A DNA stretch of 64,000 nt. Origin: a virus. The position numbers and the translations under genes were made by a program. Of the stretch, positions 30,101 to 37,266 are shown one piece after another; the stretch's first letter is position 1, and every line of letters starts with the position of its first letter. The notes beneath the pieces were generated by a model. That model searched no databases, was not told the origin of the DNA, and worked only from the letters and a program-made list of their open reading frames with translations. The stretch lies in the IMG/VR virus record IMGVR_UViG_3300032235_000467; one strand, given 5' to 3'.

Positions 30101-33100
30101 AGGATTAACTAGATTTGTAGTAGTTGATCCAACAACAGGTCAATTATATTATAGAACAAGTGGTGCAGACGGGTCATCAGGCTCTTCAGGAAGCTCAGGT
30201 TCAAGTGGCTCATCAGGCTCTACTGGTACATCTGGTTCTACAGGAACATCAGGTAGTACTGGTACATCTGGAAGTACTGGAACATCAGGTACATCTGGAA
30301 CTAGTGGATCAGCAGGATCCTCTGGATCAGCAGGTTCTAGCGGAAGTACAGGAACTTCAGGTAGTACAGGTACTAGTGGTTCCGCAGGAACTTCAGGTTC
30401 GTCTGGATCAACTGGTACTTCTGGCACTTCTGGTAGTACTGGTTCATCAGGATCTACTGGAACAAGTGGAACTTCAGGATCATCAGGATCAAGAGGATCT
30501 TCTGGTTCCTCCGGTTCTTCCGGATCAAGTGGCTCTTCCGGATCTACAGGATCTTCAGGAAGCACTGGAACTAGCGGTAGTTCTGGATCAACAGGAACTT
30601 CTGGTTCCTCCGGCTCTACTGGTACATCAGGAACCTCCGGTAGCACTGGTTCATCAGGCTCTAGCGGAAGCACTGGTACAAGTGGATCAACCGGTACTTC
30701 AGGTTCATCTGGAAGCACAGGCACTTCAGGAAGTACAGGAACTTCTGGTACATCCGGCTCATCAGGTAGTGCTGGCTCAAGTGGTTCTTCCGGTTCTACT
30801 GGTACCTCTGGATCTACTGGTTCATCAGGTAGTACAGGTACTTCAGGGTCAAGTGGCTCAACAGGTACTAGTGGTTCTACTGGTACATCAGGTAGCACAG
30901 GATCATCTGGTTCAACAGGTACTAGTGGTTCTACAGGAACGTCTGGAAGTACTGGTACTTCTGGATCTACTGGTACTTCTGGTTCAAGTGGTACTGGATT
31001 TAATACTATACATACTCCTGCTATAGGAAGGATATTGTTAGCTGATAACTCAACTAACGCTGCAACAGCGTCAGTTAGTATGAGCTTTAATAATGGAATT
31101 CTATTAGTAACTGGAAGTATTACAGCTACTGGAAACATTCAAGCAAATACTTTAATTGTACAAACAGTAAGCTCATCAGTAATATACAGCAGCGGTAGCA
31201 ATAGATTTGGAGATGCTATAAACGATAGCCATGAATTTACAGGCAGCGTTAAAATATCAGGGTCAATAGCAGTTAAAGATATAACATTAAGTGCCGGATT
31301 AACTAGGTTTTTAGTAGTAGATTCAACAACAGGACAATTTTATTATAGGACAAGTGGTGCAGATGGTTCAGCAGGAAGCAGCGGTTCATCAGGATCTTCT
31401 GGGTCAACTGGCACTTCTGGGTCTAGCGGCTCTACTGGTTCCTCAGGTTCTACAGGTACTAGCGGATCAACAGGTACTTCAGGTAGTACAGGTACTTCAG
31501 GCTCTACTGGTACCTCTGGCTCAAGTGGATCTTCTGGCAGTGCAGGATCTAGCGGCAGTACTGGTACTTCAGGTACAAGTGGATCAACAGGATCTTCTGG
31601 ATCTACTGGAACATCAGGTTCTTCAGGCAGCACAGGTACTTCTGGTTCAACTGGTACTTCAGGTAGTACCGGTACATCAGGAAGCAGTGGGTCAACAGGC
31701 TCCTCCGGTTCTACAGGTACTTCTGGATCTACAGGTACATCAGGTAGCACAGGAACATCTGGCTCAACAGGAACATCAGGTTCCACAGGTACTTCAGGCA
31801 GCACTGGTACCTCTGGCTCCACAGGAACTTCTGGTAGTACAGGAACTTCTGGTAGTACAGGAACTTCCGGCTCAACTGGTACCTCTGGGTCTAGTGGACA
31901 AACTGGAGCAGCAGGATCATCTGGAACTAGCGGAACAGGGTTTAACACCGTTGTAAACTGGACTAATAATAGAGTACTTACATCATATACATCCGCTAAT
32001 GATGCATATGCAGAAAATAACTTAACTTTTGATGGTTCTTTATTGTATGTAAATGGACAGCAGGGCATAGGAACAGCATCACCAGGGTCTTACAAACTCA
32101 GTGTAGTTCAAGCAGCATCAGCAAATGCTGTAAACATTACAAGGGTATCAGGGTATGCAAACATATACGGTACTAATGATCTAGTATTAGAAACAGACAG
32201 TACTTTCTATATGGGTGCTTATACAGCAAGGCCTATATACTTTAACTCTGCTAATGGTGCTTCTGGTACTGTTTATATCGCTTCTGACGGAAAGGTTGGT
32301 ATAGGCACTACATCACCAACAGAAAAGTTACATGTTGTAGGGGGTCAGACATCAGCCATGTTTGTGGGGTCTGCAACTGGGTATACCCAAGGAGCTATAA
32401 TACTAAGTAGTGGAACTGCCGATTCTCCAGGTGCTAGGGGACAAGGTGTGTTCTTATTTAACGAGGGTACTGATACAACATGGTATGTGGGATCTCCATA
32501 TACTCAAGGAGATGCCTTTATAATAGCTAGAAAAGCATCAACAACATCGTATGATCCTGCAGTGGCTCAATATGCAAATGCTTTAATAACTATTGATAAT
32601 GCTGGTAAGGTTGGTATAGGGACTGATTCCCCAGGGTATAAACTAGACGTATCAGGAAATGCCAGAGTAACCGGAGAGTTAGTAGTAGCTAAAAGCGGAA
32701 CAGATTCATTAATTACATTCCCAGCTCAAACAAATGACCCTGGATTTATAAAACACTATGAATCATCCAACACGGCAGTAATGTATTTCTCTGTGTCTGA
32801 TGACGATAATATCACTGGCGATTATTTTGCATTTGGTGCCGGAGGGACATATAGAACTATTATATATACCAATGGAAGAATAGATGCTGCTATATTATAT
32901 GATTATAATAACACAGGATATTATTTAGACCCAGCTAGTACATCTAATTTGAATGTTGTTAGAACCCAACAAGTATTAACTCCAAATCATTCATTATCTT
33001 CTGTTTATGGTAGTTTTAATACTACTACTACAAATGGTTATTTAATAACTACCAATATTAGTTACAATGTTTTCAATATGCCTACGGTCATTATTGAAGG

Positions 33101-35261
33101 CTATGCGTATGGTGGTGGTCAATCAATTAATTTACAAATTATTTGGTATGCTTATGATGGTACTTTTACAAACTACTCTTATGTAAATAACGGAGATTGG
33201 GATCCTGGTACTATTAGAATTGGTGAAAACGGTAGTGGTAAAGTATGTATACATTTATCTTCTAACATTTATTATGGTAGGTTTAATGTAAGATGTATAT
33301 ATGATCAAGGGTTTGCACCACTAGAAGGGTGGAGCATAACAGATGCTACATACACTGGTTTAAGTAGATTAGTAACTATTGGCAAAAATGCAATAAATAC
33401 AAGTATTACTGGATTAGCAGCCTCAGAAACTTTACAAACAGTAACAAACAGAGGAAATACTACTACAAATAATATAATTTTTAGTAATTATGGAGTAGGT
33501 GTAGTTGGTACATACAGTGATACAAGGTACCAAGCTGTATTTGCAATGGGAGATTCCTATAAACTTCCTAGTGATGGCACAGGAGTTGGTACTTTATATG
33601 GTATAGCTTGGTCTCATCCTAATAATGGTGGTGCTGCTGCAAACTTGGCATCCCATGGTATGCTAATATTAGAAAATGGTGTATTTAAAGGTGCATGGGG
33701 TGGCGGTAGCTTACGAACACCATCAGATGTAAGAGGAACTGTATTCTATGATTGGAGTGATACAAGCTATTATGTAGATCCTAACAGCTATTCTAGTTTA
33801 TACACTGCTAGATTTTGGGGAGGATCAGTTTATATTAGAGGTAGTGCTCCAACATTATATCTTACAGACACTGATCATATGTCTGCAATGATTCATTGTA
33901 ATAGTGATTTACTATACATTCTTCGTGGTGGAGTAGATAGTACAGATTGGGTACAAATAAGTGGCTCGTGGCCACAGTATTGGAACCTGTCCAATAACTA
34001 TACCTTAATGGGAGGAATAGCTGAAGCTGTAACCGATTTCAGAGCCCCTATATTCTATGATTCTAATGATACAGCATACTATTTAAATCCAGCTGGTACG
34101 TCTAATTTAAATAGTGTATATACAAACTTTGTAAGTACTCAAAACGGATATTGGCATTATGCAGATACTGATAGAAATCCTGGAAGTTCTACTTATTATC
34201 CAAATACGTGGTCAACAGGAGTAAGATTTAGTTTCGCTTCAGCTGGTAATACTGGTACTGGTGGTAACTATTCTGGAGTATTACACTTCCATCCTTGGAC
34301 CGGCACAACAGCTTCTACTGGAGATGCTTCCTATCAATTAGTGTTTGGCAGTACAGCGGTTAATGGAAGTGGGTACCCACAATTAGTAATAAGAAACGGT
34401 ATAGACACTACATGGAATTCTTGGTATTACATACCAATGTACGGACTAAATCAATATGCCGGTGCACTATATGCTACCATATATTATGACTCAACTGACA
34501 CTGCGTATTACCTAGATCCAGCCAGTACATCTAGATTAGCTACGACAATAACAACTACTACATACTTTGGCTCTACCACTTCTCATGGATATGCGGAAGA
34601 ATACGGTACCAACTCATCATCACTTCGTAGAATAGCTTTCATGTCGTTTGACTGGAATGCTGCCTACAATAGTTATAACTATCATGGAATAGCTTCTACA
34701 GATCTAAATGGTACATTTACTGATAGTATGTCCATAAACTCTTTTAATGACATTAATTTAAGAATAGATGCAAATAATAACAATGGTGCTTCTTATGTAA
34801 GATTCCATAATAACTCTGACGTTTCTAACCAATTTGCTTATATAGGATATGACGGATCTGTATATTTATCATATTTTACAGGTACTGGGTACTTTACTGG
34901 TGACGTTATAGCCTACTATTCTGATGCTAGATTGAAAGAAAATGTAAAACCTATAGACTCAGTACTAGAAAAAATATCTAAGATAGGGGGATACTATTAT
35001 ACTCCAAATGCATTAGCTTTGCAATTAAATGCAGCTTCTGATAATAATCAAAAGCTCGGTGTATTAGCTCAAGAGATACAAGGAGTATTCCCAGAAGCAG
35101 TAGAAAAAGCACCGTTTGATAGGGATGAAAATGGTAATTCTAAATCAGGAGAAGACTATTTAACAGTAAAATATGAAAGATTAGTGCCTGTACTTATAGA
35201 AGCTATAAAAGAACAACAAAAACAAATAGAAGAACTTAAATATTTAATAAAAAACAAATAA
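24165..35261 (+). CDS. Giant tail/virion fibre with Gly-Ser/Thr triplet tracts and a C-terminal peptidase S74 intramolecular chaperone
   Basis: 3698 aa; seven (G-S/T-S/T)n tracts, repeated spacer modules, VGIGT repeats and YYLDP repeats; C-terminal YSDARLKENV...GVLAQEI...YERLVPVLIEAIKEQ. Confidence 0.85.
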   Translation: MATWLQINPQDGNATYNNVTVYNTIVANSISGSFTGSFNENDPIFTEKSASLATTGSNIFIGNQTITGSLISSGAVYFPAITNASQSGIVVVDPATGQLYYTTGSITGGASGSMGPSGSSGTSGTAGSSGTSGTSGITGDRYLTSSTSSITLGLSGSITVGTNLAYSTAQTAIIAYDLTNYQEVPVISYNPSTGVLVYGTPITVVGSGTYSTWQVNLSGASGGDGSSGTSGSSGNSGTSGSSGSSGSTGTSGSTGTSGSSGSTGSSGSSGTSGTSGTSGSTGTSGSTGTSGSSGSTGTSGTSGSSGTSGTTGSSGSAGSSGTSGTAGSSGSSGSSGSTGSSGSTGTSGSSGTSGTSGTSGTSGSSGSSGSAGTSGTSGSSGSTGSSGSTGTSGSTGTSGSTGTSGTAGSSGSTGSSGSSGSSGSSGSSGSTGSSGSSGTGFNTINSPAIGRILLADNSTNAATASVSMSFNNGILLLTGSIIATGNIQANTLIVQTITSSVVYSSGSNIFGNALTNTHQFTGSVLVTGSLSIRDLALSSSATRYVVSDLDGRLFYTTASAAGSSGTAGTSGTSGSSGSSGSSGSAGSSGSSGTAGTSGTSGSTGSSGSTGSSGSSGSSGSTGSSGSSGTSGTSGTAGSTGSSGSSGSTGTSGSAGSSGSSGSSGSSGSSGSTGSSGSTGTSGSSGSTGSSGSSGTAGTSGSTGSSGSSGTSGTAGTSGTTGTSGSTGTSGSTGTSGSSGSSGSSGSSGSTGSSGTSGTTGSSGSSGSTGTSGSSGSSGSAGSSGSTGTSGTSGTGFNTINSPAIGRILLADNSTNAATASVSMSFNNGTLLITGSITATGNIQANTLIVQTVSSSVVYSSGSNIFGNNLSNTHQFTGSVQVTGSVSIKNLSLNSGLSQFVVVDPVTGQLYYNNSGAAGSSGSSGSSGTSGSTGTSGSSGSTGTSGSTGTSGTSGSTGSSGSTGSSGSSGSTGSSGSTGTSGSSGTTGSSGTSGSSGSAGSSGSTGTSGSSGSTGSSGSTGTSGSAGSSGSSGSSGTSGSSGSTGSSGSSGSTGTSGSSGSSGSSGTSGSTGTSGSSGSSGSSGSSGSTGTSGTAGTSGSAGSTGTSGSTGTSGSSGSTGTSGSTGSSGSAGTSGSSGTTGTSGSSGSTGTSGSTGTSGSSGSTGSSGSTGSSGSSGSSGTTGSSGTSGSAGRSGDRYLTSSTGSVTLGLSGSITVEPGLAYSTAQTAIISYNISNYQEVPVVSYNPSTGVLTYGTPITVVGSGTYSSWQVNLAGASGGDGSSGTSGSSGSSGQNGSSGTSGQNGSSGSSGSTGTSGTSGTSGSTGTSGSSGSSGSSGSSGSAGSSGTTGSSGTSGSTGTSGSTGTSGSSGSTGTSGSTGTSGTSGTSGSSGSSGSRGSSGSSGSTGTSGTSGTTGTSGSTGSSGSSGSTGSSGSTGTSGSSGSTGTSGSTGTSGSSGSAGSSGSSGTSGSTGTSGTSGTSGSSGSTGTSGSTGTSGSTGTSGSSGSTGSSGSTGSSGSTGTSGSTGTSGSSGSSGSSGSSGSSGSTGTSGSTGTSGSTGTSGSSGSTGTSGSSGTGFNTIHTPAIGRILLADNSTNAATASVSMSFNNGVLLITGSITATGNIQANTLIVQTVSSSVVYSSGSNIFGNSLSNTHQFTGSILVTGSLSIKDLALSSSATRYVVSDLAGKLFYTTASAAGTSGTTGTSGSSGSSGSSGSTGTSGTSGSTGTSGSSGSAGSSGSSGSTGTSGSTGTSGSTGTSGSTGTSGSTGSSGSSGSAGSSGSTGTSGTSGTSGSSGSAGSSGSTGTSGSTGTSGSAGSSGSSGSTGTSGSTGTSGSSGSTGTSGTSGSTGTSGSTGTSGSTGTSGTSGSTGTSGSSGTGFNTIHTPAIGRILLADNSTNAATASVSMSFNNGILLITGSITATGNIQANTLIVQTVSSSVVYSSGSNRFGDASNDTHEFTGSVKITGSIAVRDLAVNAGLTRFVVVDPTTGQLYYRTSGADGSSGSSGSSGSSGSSGSTGTSGSTGTSGSTGTSGSTGTSGTSGTSGSAGSSGSAGSSGSTGTSGSTGTSGSAGTSGSSGSTGTSGTSGSTGSSGSTGTSGTSGSSGSRGSSGSSGSSGSSGSSGSTGSSGSTGTSGSSGSTGTSGSSGSTGTSGTSGSTGSSGSSGSTGTSGSTGTSGSSGSTGTSGSTGTSGTSGSSGSAGSSGSSGSTGTSGSTGSSGSTGTSGSSGSTGTSGSTGTSGSTGSSGSTGTSGSTGTSGSTGTSGSTGTSGSSGTGFNTIHTPAIGRILLADNSTNAATASVSMSFNNGILLVTGSITATGNIQANTLIVQTVSSSVIYSSGSNRFGDAINDSHEFTGSVKISGSIAVKDITLSAGLTRFLVVDSTTGQFYYRTSGADGSAGSSGSSGSSGSTGTSGSSGSTGSSGSTGTSGSTGTSGSTGTSGSTGTSGSSGSSGSAGSSGSTGTSGTSGSTGSSGSTGTSGSSGSTGTSGSTGTSGSTGTSGSSGSTGSSGSTGTSGSTGTSGSTGTSGSTGTSGSTGTSGSTGTSGSTGTSGSTGTSGSTGTSGSTGTSGSSGQTGAAGSSGTSGTGFNTVVNWTNNRVLTSYTSANDAYAENNLTFDGSLLYVNGQQGIGTASPGSYKLSVVQAASANAVNITRVSGYANIYGTNDLVLETDSTFYMGAYTARPIYFNSANGASGTVYIASDGKVGIGTTSPTEKLHVVGGQTSAMFVGSATGYTQGAIILSSGTADSPGARGQGVFLFNEGTDTTWYVGSPYTQGDAFIIARKASTTSYDPAVAQYANALITIDNAGKVGIGTDSPGYKLDVSGNARVTGELVVAKSGTDSLITFPAQTNDPGFIKHYESSNTAVMYFSVSDDDNITGDYFAFGAGGTYRTIIYTNGRIDAAILYDYNNTGYYLDPASTSNLNVVRTQQVLTPNHSLSSVYGSFNTTTTNGYLITTNISYNVFNMPTVIIEGYAYGGGQSINLQIIWYAYDGTFTNYSYVNNGDWDPGTIRIGENGSGKVCIHLSSNIYYGRFNVRCIYDQGFAPLEGWSITDATYTGLSRLVTIGKNAINTSITGLAASETLQTVTNRGNTTTNNIIFSNYGVGVVGTYSDTRYQAVFAMGDSYKLPSDGTGVGTLYGIAWSHPNNGGAAANLASHGMLILENGVFKGAWGGGSLRTPSDVRGTVFYDWSDTSYYVDPNSYSSLYTARFWGGSVYIRGSAPTLYLTDTDHMSAMIHCNSDLLYILRGGVDSTDWVQISGSWPQYWNLSNNYTLMGGIAEAVTDFRAPIFYDSNDTAYYLNPAGTSNLNSVYTNFVSTQNGYWHYADTDRNPGSSTYYPNTWSTGVRFSFASAGNTGTGGNYSGVLHFHPWTGTTASTGDASYQLVFGSTAVNGSGYPQLVIRNGIDTTWNSWYYIPMYGLNQYAGALYATIYYDSTDTAYYLDPASTSRLATTITTTTYFGSTTSHGYAEEYGTNSSSLRRIAFMSFDWNAAYNSYNYHGIASTDLNGTFTDSMSINSFNDINLRIDANNNNGASYVRFHNNSDVSNQFAYIGYDGSVYLSYFTGTGYFTGDVIAYYSDARLKENVKPIDSVLEKISKIGGYYYTPNALALQLNAASDNNQKLGVLAQEIQGVFPEAVEKAPFDRDENGNSKSGEDYLTVKYERLVPVLIEAIKEQQKQIEELKYLIKNK
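24835..31935 (+). repeat. Seven Gly-X-Y (X,Y = Ser/Thr) coding tracts interleaved with repeated spacer modules
   Basis: Direct translation; 9-nt periodic, synonymously diverged DNA. Confidence 0.95.
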
Positions 35262-35262
35262 T

Positions 35263-35604
35263 ATGGCTATTACTTATACATTTAAAGTTACAGAAATAGA
35301 AGTAGCTCCTACTTCAAGTGGTGAGTACAATGTAGTAACAAGAGTACGTTATGACTATAAAGGAGTAGATGAGGACGGAGTAGAAGCTAATTTTACTGGA
35401 GCTACTCCTATGCCTTCCCCATCAGGAAGCTTTATACCTTATGAAGATTTAACTGAAAATACGGTCATAGGATGGTTAAATTCCGTATCCGATAAACCTC
35501 ATATGCAAGAAAGAATTACAGAAATGATTGGTTCCTTAAAAAATCCACAGTATGTACCAAAACCAGCTCCTTGGGCAACTGGGTCTGTATCTGGATCTAT
35601 ATAA
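35263..35604 (+). CDS. Fibre-associated small protein (chaperone-like)
   Basis: 113 aa; FIPYEDLTENTVIGW...PAPW pattern commonly seen next to S74-bearing fibres. Confidence 0.55.
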   Translation: MAITYTFKVTEIEVAPTSSGEYNVVTRVRYDYKGVDEDGVEANFTGATPMPSPSGSFIPYEDLTENTVIGWLNSVSDKPHMQERITEMIGSLKNPQYVPKPAPWATGSVSGSI

Positions 35605-35613
35605 AAAATAACT

Positions 35614-36192
35614 ATGGCATTACCTAGTAGTGGACAAATATCAATTAGCAACATCTATACTGAGGTAACTCAGTCTGGACAAGTAAATAATTATAGTTTG
35701 GCTAGACTATCTAAAGGTGATTGGAACAGTAAAATCGATCTACTAAATGGATACCCAGGAATAGATCAAAATTCTACCAGTAAACCAGATAGGGTAGCTC
35801 AGCATGAGATGTCAAATTTCCACAGCTACAACCATACTCAAAATGGATCTTGTTCTGGAACCAGTTTTGGAGATGTTTTAAGTGGCTTTGATGACCCTAG
35901 AAGATCCTATCATAGGATAAATGCCACAGGTACAGCAGGAGATATAGTAGTAATAACTGTAGGATGCTCTAAAAGAGAGGGGTCAGAACCTTTTGGACCT
36001 TTTAGTTATGGGTATTATTACATATTTGATGTATATCCTTTTGATTATTTTGGAACTTTGTTAGTAGGAAGTGCAATATATTCTGGAATTACAGGATCTA
36101 GCTCTAGAACAGATTATTGGTACTATACATTAAGTGGCACATCTCAAGTAATATATATAGTAACATACGCAGACGCAGCTGCTTATGGTTAA
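35614..36192 (+). CDS. Putative fibre-tip / adhesin protein
   Basis: MALPSSGQISISNI N-terminus typical of small proteins downstream of fibres; aromatic-rich C-terminal domain. Confidence 0.5.
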   Translation: MALPSSGQISISNIYTEVTQSGQVNNYSLARLSKGDWNSKIDLLNGYPGIDQNSTSKPDRVAQHEMSNFHSYNHTQNGSCSGTSFGDVLSGFDDPRRSYHRINATGTAGDIVVITVGCSKREGSEPFGPFSYGYYYIFDVYPFDYFGTLLVGSAIYSGITGSSSRTDYWYYTLSGTSQVIYIVTYADAAAYG

Positions 36193-36206
36193 TAAATAAT
36201 AATAAA

Positions 36207-37037
36207 ATGTCTATATTTACATTTACGGTTGCATGCGGAGTTACTCCAACACCTACACCAACACCAAGACCAACTCCAGTACCTTGGTGTTGTTATGAGT
36301 ATACTACTTTTAATGAAGGGTTTAGTAGCACAACTGTTTATTTTGAAAATTGTGATGGGACTGGAGGTAGTAAAGTTGTTTCTACAGGTTATGATTCATT
36401 ACCATGTATTAAACAAAATTCTGCTTATGATTATAGCGGACTGGTATATTACACGGAAGAATCTCAATGTTACACAGTTCCAACTGATTGTGATACGACT
36501 ACACCTACACCAACACCTACACCTACACCAACAAACACTCCAGTACCAACACCAACTCCACCCCCTAACTATACTGTTTCAATATATGCTAAAAGATCAG
36601 GCACCCCTACTTGTATAATACCTCCAGGAGGTGGAACAGAGCCTCAGTTTAGAATTTATTATACTTTTGGATACCCTATGGCTTTACAATTAGTAGGAGG
36701 GAGTATAGCAAGTAACACTTGCGGATTTGTAGGAAACATAACAGTACCTTCAGGTACTACTTTGCATATAGGATGTAGATCTTGGAGTTATTTAAGCCCT
36801 ATAAGGTTTGGAGTAGCTAGCGGAACTTCCACATGCCCAGATTCAGGTCTTACATCTTATTGTGGAACTTTTTATGATGATGGAGGTTATAGCCAAGTTA
36901 TTACAGGTAATACTAGTTTAGCTTTTACATCAGATCTAATATCTCAATTTAAGCTTGCCCCAGATGGAAAAAGTTCAATATTTGATTGTTATAAATTTAA
37001 CTATTGTGGAGGCACAGGAGGAGGTTCAAATACTTAA
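36207..37037 (+). CDS. Cys-rich protein with Pro-Thr linkers (virion-associated)
   Basis: ATG 36207 (MSIFTFTVACG) follows an A-rich spacer; TPTPTPTP tracts separate Cys-rich domains. Confidence 0.65.
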   Translation: MSIFTFTVACGVTPTPTPTPRPTPVPWCCYEYTTFNEGFSSTTVYFENCDGTGGSKVVSTGYDSLPCIKQNSAYDYSGLVYYTEESQCYTVPTDCDTTTPTPTPTPTPTNTPVPTPTPPPNYTVSIYAKRSGTPTCIIPPGGGTEPQFRIYYTFGYPMALQLVGGSIASNTCGFVGNITVPSGTTLHIGCRSWSYLSPIRFGVASGTSTCPDSGLTSYCGTFYDDGGYSQVITGNTSLAFTSDLISQFKLAPDGKSSIFDCYKFNYCGGTGGGSNT

Positions 37038-37049
37038 AAAATAAAAAAT

Positions 37050-37226
37050 ATGAAATACAGAGTAATTATGCAGTTTATTCCTGGCCTAGACCAGATTTGG
37101 GTATCAAGATTATCCCCAGAAGATCCAGAATACGTATACGACACAGAACAAGAAGCCGTTGATAAAGCAGCTGAGTTAGAAGCAGCGGATCCAACAGGAA
37201 GAAAATATAAAACAGAAGCCGTATAG
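37050..37226 (+). CDS. Small hypothetical protein missed by the ORF track (58 aa)
   Basis: MKYRVIMQFIPGLDQIWVSRLSPEDPEYVYDTEQEAVDKAAELEAADPTGRKYKTEAV*; A-rich upstream sequence; fills the gap on the coding strand. Confidence 0.7.
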   Translation: MKYRVIMQFIPGLDQIWVSRLSPEDPEYVYDTEQEAVDKAAELEAADPTGRKYKTEAV

Positions 37227-37235
37227 TAAAAATAA

Positions 37236-37255
37236 TTACGTATATTTGTACGTAA
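37236..37255 (+). promoter_or_regulatory. TAnnTTTG (Bacteroidota-type -7 box) within a 7-bp inverted repeat upstream of the glycosylation cassette
   Basis: TTACGTA-TATTTG-TACGTAA; TATATTTG at 37241-37248. Confidence 0.45.
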
Positions 37256-37266
37256 AATAAATTGTC

